Below the pieces are notes generated by a model. That model did not search any database. It was not told the origin of the DNA and worked only from the letters and a program-made list of their open reading frames with translations. The position numbers and the translations under genes were made by a program. Of a stretch of DNA of 64,000 bases, positions 51,777 through 63,353 are shown piece by piece. The stretch is from Enoplolaimus lenunculus. Lineage: Eukaryota. The DNA is taken from the NCBI GenBank assembly GCA_030248215.1, contig JASANG010003752.1, positions 558,001 to 622,000 on the forward strand, written 5' to 3'. Every line of letters starts with the position of its first letter. Position 1 is the stretch's first letter.

Positions 51777-52769
51777 CATTGCAACAACTTTATAGTCCGG
51801 TATATGTGCACATGTATGGCAATCTTTTTGCTATACGTACACGTTACCGTGCAACAGGGTTCAACAGGAATTCCTGTTCCAGCCGAAATTCCTGCAAAAA
51901 TTTAATTCTTGTTCTTGTTCCTGTTCCTGTTCCTGCATTCAAAGATACACGAACCGGAATTTTTACGGTTTTGCGACAAATTAAGCCAAAATAATTTAAA
52001 TATTAGAAGTTGTGCTTAAAAAATTGTTATTTCGATATGAGTGTTTTTCAATTTACTTCAATTTTGTTAATAAACTGTTTTCGTTGTGTTTTCGCAAAAC
52101 CCCATGATGAATTAGCTGACAATTCGCATAAGCTGTTATTTGGCAGGTTTTGTAGAAGTTTTAATGTTATTGAAACTATGTTTGACCACGTTTGACAAGC
52201 GAAGATGTCCGAACGAGATTCTTTTATCGCTCACCGTATTTGTCGACCTTTGCAATTTGTATGTTGCTTTGTAAAATCAGCAACAACAAATTAAATAATC
52301 ATGCGTTTACGCCCTACTTCTGTCATCAAGAAGTCCTGATTTTCTGATCCATACGATCCCATTGTCGTGGTCGTCGAAGTTACCAGAAATTTATTTACGG
52401 AGGGTAAAACGACATATAAAAGTTTTTACAAGCTTACATAGCAAGCGAAAATGTAATCATTGCAGGATGTTTCCAAAGGCTGCAACAGTATTTTTTCTCG
52501 CATCTCTGAAAATCTTTGGTAATATAATATACCATATCGTCCGTTGCATACGAAGACGCTGCTGGTTGCGATGAAAAACGTCTATCTATACGCTTAAGCC
52601 ATCTCAAAAGTATAGGAATAATTTTATGAAAATATTCTGAAATGCAAAATTTTCTTAATTTGCTGAATATATGGAGCATAATTATCAGCGCCGGATTCAA
52701 GAGGGCCGAGGAAGCCCGGGTCCCGGATCTCTCACCCAAAGGGGCGCCTCCCACCAACCGAAAACCGAT

Positions 52770-53348
52770 GATAAGATTTAATGGATAACAAGCCATCAAA
52801 ACCACTGTGCAGTGCAGGCGGTAGCGCCCACCCCACGTACTATCAGTTGAGGGCCTTGACCCTTGGAATGCCCCCATCTTGGTTGATAAGATTTAATGGA
52901 TAACAACCAATCAAAACCACTGTGCAGTGCAGGCTGTAGCGCCCTACCCCACGTACTATCAGTTGAGGGCCCCGACCCTTCGAATGCCCCCATCTTGGTT
53001 GATAAGATTTAATGGATAACAACCAATCAAAACCACTGTGCAGTGCAGGCTGTAGCGCCCCACCCCATATACTATCAATTGAGGGCCCCGACCCTTGGAA
53101 TGCCCCCATCTTGGTTGATAAGATTTAATGGATAACAACCAATCAAAACCACTGTGCAGTGCAGGCTGTAGCGCCCCACCCCATATACTATCAATTGAGG
53201 GCCCCGACCCTTGGAATGCCCCCATCTTGGTTGATAAGATTTAATGGATAACAAGCCATCAAAACCACTGTGCAGTGCAGGCGGTAGCGCCCCACCCCAC
53301 ATACTATCAATTGAGGGCCCCGACCCTTGGAATGCCCCCATCTTGGTT
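52770..53348. repeat. 116-bp tandem repeat, 5 copies
   Basis: Units start at 52770, 52885, 53001, 53117, 53233. Confidence 0.95.
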
Positions 53349-53810
53349 AACTGGAAAATTTTTCGCGGACAACGATGTTAAAAAGCTGTAAAACAATTAA
53401 TTGGGGACACTCTGGGACCTGTGTAGGGGGGCGACAATTCTTATTCTAACGCTGGCTCTGCCACTACGGGATGGTCAGGTTATATCAGGGTGCAACCGGA
53501 GGTGACAAATACAGAAGTTGGAGCCAGAGTCGGAGGTGAAGCGAAATTTTGTGGTTAAAAATGATGTTTGATTTGCTAATTTGACCAAATATCTGTAAGT
53601 TGTCGTTAAAATTTTTGGTTTTTACGTTTATTTTTTTTACGAAATCTCGTCAATTTTTTCCTAAAAATGGTACCAAAACTTAAAACTAAACGCACCAAAC
53701 AAATAAATTTTGTGATATTAACGTTTAAAGTTATGCTGCTGGCATTGCGTTGATATTCTGAAACAAACTATAAATCTATCTAATGTGGAATAACAGTCGA
53801 TAAAGTAAAA

Positions 53811-54046
53811 AAAGAAAAAAACGGGACCGCCCAATCCATTCTTTGACTTCAGAAAATTTTCAGACTTCGGCGGAATCATAAGTGACTACAAAGAAAAAAA
53901 CGGGACCGCCCTATCCATTTTTTGACTTCAGAAAATTTTCAGACTTCGGCGGAATCATAAGTGACTACAAAGAAAAAAACGGGACCGCCCTATCCATTCT
54001 TTGACTTCAGAAAATTTTCAGACTTCGGTGGAATCATTAGTGACTT
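53811..54046. repeat. 79-bp tandem repeat, 3 copies
   Basis: Units start at 53811, 53890, 53969. Confidence 0.93.
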
Positions 54047-54810
54047 CTCCAATGTCAATCTAGAAAAGTCCTTGCGCCGTAAATTGTTTCGTACTTGTGG
54101 TACTTTTTATTTCATTAGAGTCTGTCACTTTAAGCTCCGATGTATAAAATAATGATGGTTAATAAAAGGTTCTGCTAGTCATATGGGTCCAAGGCCTCCC
54201 ACCTTTTTAATCCTGCCCTCATGATTAAATATATATATGCAAACCTCTGCAACTAAAGAAATTTTGTGATAGTATCGTCATATGTGCAGTAACCTAAATA
54301 TGGAATTTTTTTACACTTCAACCTGTCAAATAACGTAATTAATTAACACTGAGATATACCGGTTGATTCATTATTTTAAACACATTTTTTCGCAACCAAG
54401 TGCTGCAAACAACATGTGCACAATGCAAGACTGTGTGAGTTATATATTCCAACTAAAATAGCCTTAGCTAGGTATTTAAAGCTTAATTCTGTCGGTTGCG
54501 AATTAGTAAACGCTTCACTAACACATTGTGGAGTGTGGCGTGTGTCTATTGCTGTAATAGTTGTTGCATGAGACATAGACAGCCGCGGAAATGGACAATT
54601 TTATGCTAATTATATGCCGTTGAGAGTTTTAGGATGCAGTTTGAAAACAATGCCATTATTACTCGTTTGAACGTGAGAGCAGCTAATTGAATGCAATTCT
54701 GTTTCGACGACAATATTTATATTCTAAATCATAAATTCTGGCTGTTTGGTTCAGTCACACAGAAACGCGGGTGGGTCTGGCATGTCAATCGATACCCCTA
54801 GAAAAATATA

Positions 54811-55089
54811 CACTGCAAAAAATGGTGACTCAAATTGATTCTCTCCGAAATAGGCTTTTCCTGACTACACAAACTGAGTCAAAATTCGACTCTGCCAAAG
54901 TCAAATTCGATTCGTTGAATCGCTCAGTGAGTCAAATTTGACTCTGGCGGAGTCGAATTTGACTCAGTTTGTGTTGTCAAGAAAAGCCTATTTCAGAGAG
55001 AGTCAATTTGACTCACCATTCTCAGTTTGTGTTGTCAAGAAAAGCCTATTTCGGAGAGAGTCAATTTGACTCACCATTTTTTAACAGTG
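54811..55089. mobile_element. CACTG-ended palindromic MITE with internal ~59-bp duplication
   Basis: TA|CACTG..CAGTG|TA; ctcagtttgtgttgtc..caccatt occurs twice. Confidence 0.8.
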
Positions 55090-55667
55090 TACCGCTGTGT
55101 CCTCGCTTCGCTGGCGAGGTTTTTTTAATCAGATGATTCCTTAAAGGATTCGATTGACCTTCCGTTCTGGTTTTAGCTGCTAAGCTTCTGTATGCCGTTT
55201 GACATCCTTAGAAAAAAGTAGTAGCCGTGTACGTGGTGTGGTTTTATATTTTGGAGAAAAGTTGTTTTGAATTTTGTTAGGAACATTTTCTATTTGTGCG
55301 CTGTATCAGGGCGACGCGTGTCAACTCGAATTACGTTTAGTAAATTAAAGGGTCCATATTTGCATACTTTTTTGCATAGAAAACATTACTCTTGATATTA
55401 TCAATAGTTGCAGTAATTAACTATTAATAAATAAATATTTCCCACTTTAGCTTGACCAATTTAGCAACACTTTTTTATCTGGTTCACATGTTTACACCTT
55501 CTCAGTGGCAATCAGATGATAGAGATTTAAAAATCGCAGGATCATAGGCCAATTCCAGGTCAAAGAACGTTCAGACAATGAGAATGAGAAATGAAAATAA
55601 AAATTTTATGAAAAATAATTTTATTCCCGAACACAAAACTCTTTAACTTCTTTATGTTTAATACGGC

Positions 55668-55989
55668 CAAGAGTGGATGATGCATACTTTAACAAGAGTA
55701 TGCAACTGGGTACACTCTGTGTCGAAAACAATGTACCCGTCACGCGTTGCATTATTGGCCTACCCTCCCCCCTTTTATTTAGAGTAGGTGTACAACCTGT
55801 TCGAACCATGACACTTTATGTATGCGGCTACAAAAATGATTCGTTTATAGTGTAATAATTTAGGGTTTTTGCATGTGACGACGACCCCCCTCTAAATAAG
55901 GGGGGTCGGCCAAAAACGCAACGCCTGTCAGTACATTTTTTACCATGCGAAACCACAAGAGTTGCACACTCTTGTATTATGCACTCTTG
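55668..55989. mobile_element. P-element/Galileo-like MITE
   Basis: TIR CAAGAGTG; perfect 7-bp TSD ATACGGC. Confidence 0.85.
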
Positions 55990-56181
55990 ATACGGCTGAT
56001 GACGTGAAACTTATGAAAATGCCACTTGGTGTGTTTTCTATAGACTTCCTTTCCAGCAGTTTTTCACTAATCGTAAGTGTGGGTTTTCACTTTTAGGTAA
56101 TTGTTTTGTTGCGTGACCATGCTTTATTGCATAAACCACGCGTAACAGATATGTTTCTTGCAGCCCGTGTAAGGGAACTTG

Positions 56182-56511
56182 CAGAGTGCAACCGGAGGTG
56201 GAAAATTCCGGAGCCGAAGGTGGAGCCGGAGGTCAACGAAACTTGCCGGAGACGGAGGTGAGGCGAAATTAGGTAGTAAAATCATAGTTAATTAATTAAT
56301 TTTAGCCAATATCTGCAATATGTTTTTAAGTTGTTTGATTTTACGCTAATTTTGTCCTGAGAATTGTGACAAAAGTAAAGCGAAAGGCGCTAAACCGGTA
56401 AATTTTTCAAAATTATGCAAAATTTTACTACCGAAATTGCCGGAACCTCGGTAAAAAATTCTATCGGAGCCGGAGCCGGAGGCCGATTTTGTGCCGGAGC
56501 AGGAGGCGGAC
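56182..56511 (+). mobile_element. hAT-like GCCGGA MITE (3' end disrupted)
   Basis: CAGAGTGCAACCGGAGG start; colinear with 8799..9123. Confidence 0.75.
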
Positions 56512-56646
56512 CTGTGGCGTATCCAGTAAAATTTTGCGATGCAATTGAGTTGAAAAATATAGCGCGGTTACCAAAGATTTGGCGCCTTCGGCACAATAGG
56601 TAAATCTTTTAAACATCGCAAAATTAGCTAAAACGCTATTTAAAAT

Positions 56647-57379
56647 TAGGGGCATACCGAGAGGGAGGGGCCGGGGGCCGCGCCCCCCCCCAATCGGAAT
56701 CAGTACTTGCGTCATAATTTACAGGTTTCGTGCTCGCTTTGCTAGCTATGTTTTTCACTGATCAATTTCGAAAAATTTTGCCTGCGGCGCTGTTCAAAGT
56801 GGACATCAAAGTTAAATTCACCAACCTAACCAACTCAAAACTAAAGATAGTAATAAAAAATTGTGCAAAGCTCAATACATAACCCCTAGACCTGGGGCGG
56901 CGCGTTACATGAATATAGAAATGTTTAAGGATTAACAATGTATAGCTTCTCTCGTCGCCGCGAATTCTTCAAAGTTCTGTTTAAGTTGTTTAAGTTCTGG
57001 CTTTAAGGCTTCAATCTCTCTGTTTCAACTCCTAGTGCATAGAAATATTTCATATTTTATACAAAAATTTCCCCACAGACTTCAAACTTAGGCTTTGTAC
57101 TAGAGTAAAAGACAATAGTGCCTAGCTTTTCGCTAGCTTCGCTCACGGTTTTTACAATCGAATCGACCTTTCCATATACCCAAACTGTCAAAAATTTTTA
57201 AGGCCCTAAAACAGAATTGTGAAATTACTCGAAGCCAACTAGGGAAGCGTGATCAACCTCATAAATCCCACGAAAAAATGGAGATCCGTACGGCTAAAAC
57301 GTTCGAAGTTTGCTTTTAGGGGGAAAAGGGCATAATCCTGAGGATGCGCCCCCAATCAAAATTTCTCGGTACGCCACTG
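56647..57379. mobile_element. hAT-like non-autonomous element
   Basis: TAGGGGCATACCGAGA / TCTCGGTACGCCACTG; TSD tttaaaat/tttaaaac. Confidence 0.7.
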
Positions 57380-59086
57380 TTTAAAACTGTAAAATTCCGA
57401 CATCGCAAAATGCACATTCTCTCCCTGCCAAAAATTCTGGGGTCGCCCCTGTGACTGCAAAGGATACGCTACTCGCGGGTTGAGTAGAAAATTTTATACG
57501 TGGACACAATTTCGCTTTTGAACATTTTACAACGCGAGTAGGAATTAATGAAATTTGTCCAAACCAAAATGTTAAATCTAGCGCGCAACGACATTTAACT
57601 GCTAGTCTTCATGAGAATGGAATTTGAACGCATAAAAATTTCGGAGCCGTCTCGGGTTTTCAATTGTTTAAGTCACAACAATCTTGCGCGGAGTTTAACC
57701 AGGGCAGTCGGACCACTGTTTGCTCCCGTATTGACACGACGTCGACGTCAAATTTCGGCTCACATCTCGGGTAGAAGGCCAAATATCGAATGCCATATGA
57801 CATTGACTTATGCAACTTCAACAATATAACATGCGTACACAAGGTAACATTTGAGGATGTAGTGTCATGGACACTGAAGCTTTATGTGCAATGAGTAGAA
57901 GAACCCGTATGTCACGTGATACTGTGATACATTTATAAGAATATCATGCGATATTGTATAGTGCATCATTTTTCTATGGTCCACCAGTGTTGCTGTTTCA
58001 AGGTTTTGTTTTTGAATAAGGCTACTTCTTGCCTGACCTGATTTCTCAAGTGACTATTCAGTTCACAATGGAACACATCAGCAAACAATAGCTAGTTTTT
58101 GTTCACTCTACTGGTGTGACTTTTGCGTTGTATATATGTCGTGATTAAAAAAGTGGTGATGTTTCCCTGTGAATAGTACACCAAGACGGTAATAAATACG
58201 GGTTGCTGAACGACTGGTATACGGGAACGCGAGCAAAAAACATAGTCAGCATTCGGTGCAGCGCACACAAAAAGTATGTTTGAATTTATTCAGAAGAGTA
58301 TTTTCTGTGGCAAATCTAAAAAAGTTTTTCTGATATTTAAAACAATTTTTCTAAAAATAACTAGAAAACGTTTATTTTCAGGCTTTATTTCAAAACTTTT
58401 CGCAAATCTTTTCGGTTTATAACAGAAATACTTTTCAAGTGCGCATTGCTTATTATATTTCTTAAATGTGAGAAATCAAAAATATTATTTTGAGTGAGGA
58501 AAACACTTTTTATGTTGTGAATTTTTACTGTTTGAAGCCTGGTTTAGACGTGCACATGCACGGGGGTTCTCGAAATGGGCAAGGCGGCATGCTTTTAATC
58601 TAAAATTTAATTTTGGTTATAATTTTTCTGAACTTTAAATAAACGGAATAAATTTGCGGCCCACGTTAATCATAGTGGAGTGATGAAACAAAGAAATTGA
58701 GGGGACGTAGAGACAGGAAAGCTAAGGATTATGATTGCGTTATGTTAACGATTAGGCCTAGGCTTAAGCTTAGGTTTAAGCTTTAGGCTAAGCGAGCATG
58801 TCGTTATAATTTGCACGGGCATAATTTATTGATGATAATGTCTGTCTAATTAACTGAACAATAGTTTCACTGTAGATTTCTATACCAGCTGTCTATGACA
58901 GTTTTTGCTGAATGAAATGTGATTATGGTCCATAGACCTGGGGTATACTTTTTCAAAACTTTGCTAATTAAAATGGTTATCCCCTAAGCATAAAAGGCTG
59001 AATTGTGTATTGCTAACATGAATATTGATCTCAAAAAAGCTTTGATAAGAACAACAAAAAGTACCATACAGTAGTTTCCTTTTATT

Positions 59087-59362
59087 AGCCTATGTATAGA
59101 ACAGGGCCGGATCGTTTTCCAGAAGCTGTAACAAAGTCAGTTTTAGCTTTAGACTAACGTTTTTTGCTTGCTTAGGTTTAATCTTATTAGGCTCTAGGCT
59201 TAGGCTTAGGCTTGGGCCTAGGCTTGGGCTTAGGCATAGGCTTAGGCTTAGGCTTAGTCTTAAGAATAGGCTCATCCTATCGCTTTGACTTAGGCTTAGG
59301 CTTAGGGTTAGGCTTAGGAATATGCTTACACTGCTGTTCCGGCCCTGTTCTATCCATAGGCC
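59087..59362. mobile_element. TTAGGC-carrying Merlin-like MITE with long repeat tract
   Basis: TIRs; TSD cttttatt/cctttatt. Confidence 0.85.
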
Positions 59363-60392
59363 CCTTTATTCACCGCAACTATCTCATTGCCTGCTGGTAT
59401 CAAAATCGGCAGTGACAGTATATATATTGTTCTGATTTTATAACAAATATATATCTTTTAGTAGCTAAGTAAGCGAACCCGAAATAATCGTTTAGGATAC
59501 AAAGCTATTTTCACCTGTGGATGAAGTCTATGGCGTTGAGTAATTTATACGATATCTCCATGACGGCACAAAAATCCCCCGTTTACTGTGTAATTTTACT
59601 TTGTCATCACATTAACACAGCAGGTTTTTTCCGTTTATTTTTGATGAAAAATGGCACGCTTCAGTGGATGAAAATGTAATTAACCTGTTGCCTGATATCG
59701 TTGAATGTTTGAATAATGTATTGTCGGTAAATAATATAAAAGCTGATAATTATATATATATAATGTTATATATTAATATATATTATATGTTATATATGTA
59801 TATAATATATAATATATCCTTACACTTTCTAGAGCACAATTTTTATCGCACAGATCGGCTACCTGCATATAAACGCGAGCTGGGTGAAAAATTTTGATAT
59901 GAGTATATCCGCGGGTGAAAAATTTCGAAACCGGGTAAAAAGAATTGAGATTCTTTACTCAGCTAGCGCTTGCGTAACGAAACGACAAACCTATGCTAAT
60001 TAATTACCTACGTGTCCGGTAGAAATTTTTGCGGAAGTTTCAGCAAAGTCAGTAGTGACATTTTTCGTATTTTATAACGGTCGCGTCATCTTTTGTAACA
60101 CTGAAGGGCGGCGGCGGGACATATATGACAACGGTGTTTCTTTAATAAATTTAGCTGATATTTGTAAAATTTCTCTCTTTTGTTTTCGGTAAGGCAAAAA
60201 AACCCTGATAAGGATATCGTTTCATGCACAGTTTATTACAGTAAACCGAAACATATTTGATGACTTTATAAACTACTTTAGTATAACAACAGTTAACGAT
60301 GCCCTTTGGATATTTGTTCGGCTAAAATATTCTTTGCCATTTGTTTTGATTCGATCTTATATTGTGTATTGATTTTGATTTAAATGCATCGT

Positions 60393-60594
60393 TGAGGCGG
60401 CGGAACAGTAGTAGAAGCATATTCTTAAGCCTAAGCCTAAGCTTTAGCGTAAGAATGAGCTTATACCTAAGCTTAAGCTTATGAATGAGCTTATACCTGA
60501 GCCTAAGCCTAAGCAAAAAAATTGATCTACCGCTTAAGTTTACTTCATTCCAATCGCACGGAATAACTTTCCGCCCCTGATCTTTACATATGCC
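60393..60594. mobile_element. TTAGGC-carrying Merlin-like MITE (5' truncated)
   Basis: (GCCTAA)n and CCGCCCCTGATCTTTACATATGCC end. Confidence 0.7.
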
Positions 60595-61401
60595 GTTAAG
60601 TCGATGAAGCAGTTGAGATTTTATAAATTTTCACAACTTAGCTGCGTCTCTAATAACACCATGAATTACTCGTACAGTCTGTTTTATAAGTGGGATTAAG
60701 TTTAACGCGGATTAACTCTTAAACATTACAATTCGTTGTTTGTTTTTGAGTAAACCTAATTTTGGTTTTTTTTCATAGAGTTGGTTTTTTACTACTAAAA
60801 TAGAATGCGTTCATTTTAACAAAACTTAAACCTATTGTAAACCCGAGTGTCGGTTTTTTTGGTTATGCATTCTCAGGAAAATAAACAGCATGCCACACAA
60901 TTGGTACAAGCCCAGTCAAAAATTTCAGAATCTACACACATAGCGAGCGTTACATTTTTAGTTTTAATAATCCTAAATTAATTTTCTGCTAATTCCAGTC
61001 GATGGTTTAATAGCAGAATCAATTTTAACAATTTTTGATGTAATACAAATATTTGTTAACGCTTTTCTTGCTGGCAAACGAACAAATTTTTTCAGCAAAA
61101 TCTAAAATCATTTGTCAGGGGGGGTGCGGGATGCGGCGTGCTTCAATTTTTGCCGCCCCCACCGGAAAAACAAGGTAGTGTTGGATATGAGGAAATTGGC
61201 ATTTCCAAACTATGCAATACAAATGATCAAATTATATATGATAAAAAATGTTGCAAATTTAATAAATCAATGAGTAAAAGATTTAAAACGTTTAATTTTT
61301 CGTTTCTGCCGGAAACAGAAAATGATACTTTAAATTCATAAAAACAGTTTCAAAATTTTTTTAATTGAACAATAACCTATTCCAAATGGCCCTCTGCCAC
61401 A

Positions 61402-61600
61402 CACTGCAAAAAATAATGAGTCAAATTGACTCTCTCCGAAATAGGCTTTTCCTGATTACACAAACTGAGTCAAATTCTACTCAATGAGGAATTCAGTGAA
61501 TCGAATTTGGCTCTGGCGGAGTCGAATTCTGAAAAAGTTTGTGTTGTCAGGAAAAGCCTATTTTGGAGAGAGTCAATTTGACTCACCATTTTTTGCACTG
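61402..61600. mobile_element. CACTG-ended palindromic MITE
   Basis: Family similarity; CA on both flanks. Confidence 0.8.
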
Positions 61601-61869
61601 CAGACTAAAATGCACCATGAGCAGTTGCGGATGCCGAAATTTCTGACAGGAGGGTTCGCCATGTGGAAAGTTTTCGCAAGCAGCGGACCGAGCGTGAACC
61701 CAAACAAAGCTTTCATGGCACAAAATTAAAAATTTGTAAAGTAGAAGAAACCTTACGATTTTATTGATTATAAAAAACTTTTGATGGAACGGCTGCCCAC
61801 TTTAAATCAGGCCAAACCATTGAAATTTATATATTCCAATAAACATTTGTTTTTTACGTCCAAGACCAC

Positions 61870-62048
61870 GCTTAGCATCAATAAATATAGCCTATCTATT
61901 GATACCTAGCCATAAAATGTTGAATATGCGGCTACGTCTAGCTTTATTACCCAGCTGCGGACCAGTGATATTTTTGATTCCACCCTCGTCCGCGAACATA
62001 TTTTACTGACCGTCAAATTTTCGAGTATTATATTTTAGTAAACACAGT
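61870..62048 (+). pseudogene. Decayed tandem copy of the 5' region and signal-peptide coding part of the 62126 gene
   Basis: About 200-bp offset match to 62069..62235 including attccaccctcgtccgc; ATG kept at 61926, frameshift and TGA at 62007-62009. Confidence 0.8.
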
Positions 62049-62125
62049 TTTTATACCGTAAAAATCAAGCTTAGTAACAATAAATGCAGCTGATCTAACG
62101 ATATGTAGCCTTAAAACGCCGAACT

Positions 62126-62510
62126 ATGTGGCTAAGCGTAGCATCAGCTACTCTGATAATACTTTCAATTCCACCCTCGTCCGCAAACATCTTACTGACC
62201 CTCAAATTTTCGGATTGGAGTTTAGTGAACACGTTTCGTCAAATGTGCAATTCAACTTGTCTCGAATGTCAAACATGTGCCGCGACCAAAACTGCAGAAC
62301 TCATCTTAGCGACAGTGATTGACGAACGCCGGGTGACGTCTCATAATGTCAACGATGCTATTGTTGTTCAACCAGAGCATCGAAACGTTCAAAATGCAGC
62401 CGTAAACAGCCGTGAGTATTATTGGAAATGGACCGATTTACCGCCGTCGAACGAACAACTGTTACTGGGCGAACCGTCGTTTGTTAATCCTGTTGTTACT
62501 AATGTTGAAA
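62126..62510 (+). CDS. First coding exon of paralogous Delta-like gene (later exons not found in window)
   Basis: Signal peptide; LKFSDWSLVNTFRQMCNSTCLECQTCAATKTAELILATVI and REYYWKWTDLP..GEPSFVNPVV match exon 1 at 21280; phase-1 donor GTAGGT at 62511. Confidence 0.85.
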
Positions 62511-62519
62511 GTAGGTCTA

Positions 62520-62760
62520 CACTGTAAAAAAATGGGGAGTCAAATTGACTCTCTCGGAAACAGGTTTTTCCTGACTACACAAATTGAGTCAAATTGACTC
62601 TCTCTCGGAAACAGTTTTTCCTGACTCACAAACTGAGTCAAATTTGACTCCGCAAGAATTCACTGTTGACTCTGGCGGAGTCAAATTTGACTCAGTTAGT
62701 GTAGTCAGGAAAAGCCTGTTTCCGAGAGAGTCACAATTTGACTCCCCATTTTTTACAGTG
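62520..62760. mobile_element. CACTG-ended palindromic MITE at the start of paralog intron 1
   Basis: TA|CACTGTAAAAAA..TTTTTACAGTG|TA. Confidence 0.85.
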
Positions 62761-63142
62761 TACAAGCAATAATAACATCTATTCGTGACTATACAAAACA
62801 TTCATTGCCTTGCTATCTCAACAGTAAACGTGTCAAAAATAAAACGATATTTTAAATGCTTTTCGCGTTTCAAGTAACATTATTTTACATGTTCTTTAGT
62901 AGAATGGAAAAGCTGGAAAACGAACAGCTATTCTAGCAAATTTGTGTTAAGTAGTACACACTTTGTAATGTTTATCAAAACGATATTTGAGTATTAATGC
63001 GCCGTACCCAATAATTTGGTCAACGGTGCCACAAAATCTCTTATAGACCAGTCCTATCACCAACTCGTTTTCAAAATGACCTCGCGATAGGCCAGGACTA
63101 TTAGAGATTTTGAACCAACGTTGACAAAACTATTACTGTCTA

Positions 63143-63353
63143 CACAGCAAAAAATGGTGAGTCAAATTGACTCTCTCCGAAATAGGCTCTACGGGTTCTA
63201 CACAAATTGAGTCAAAATTCGACTCCGGCAGAGTCAAATTCGATTCACTGGGTGGCATGTTTGACTCTGGCGGAGTCGAATTTGACTCATTTTGTGTAGT
63301 CCCGTAGAGCCTATTTCGGAGAGAGTCAATTTGACTCGCCATTTTTTGCAGTG
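63143..63353. mobile_element. CACTG-ended palindromic MITE
   Basis: TA|CACAG..CAGTG|TA, near-perfect hairpin. Confidence 0.85.

Noticed and set aside
52770..53348. 5S rRNA or ribozyme array (unit length near 120 bp)
   Set aside because: No 5S conserved boxes and no hammerhead CUGANGA/GAAA core seen on either strand.
55996..56030. Minimal hammerhead ribozyme (CTGATGACGTGAAAC)
   Set aside because: Core-like words are present, but stem II and flanking stems I/III could not be built.
59190..59320. True telomere or chromosome-fusion site
   Set aside because: Tracts are short, degenerate, in both orientations and bounded by TIRs and TSDs.
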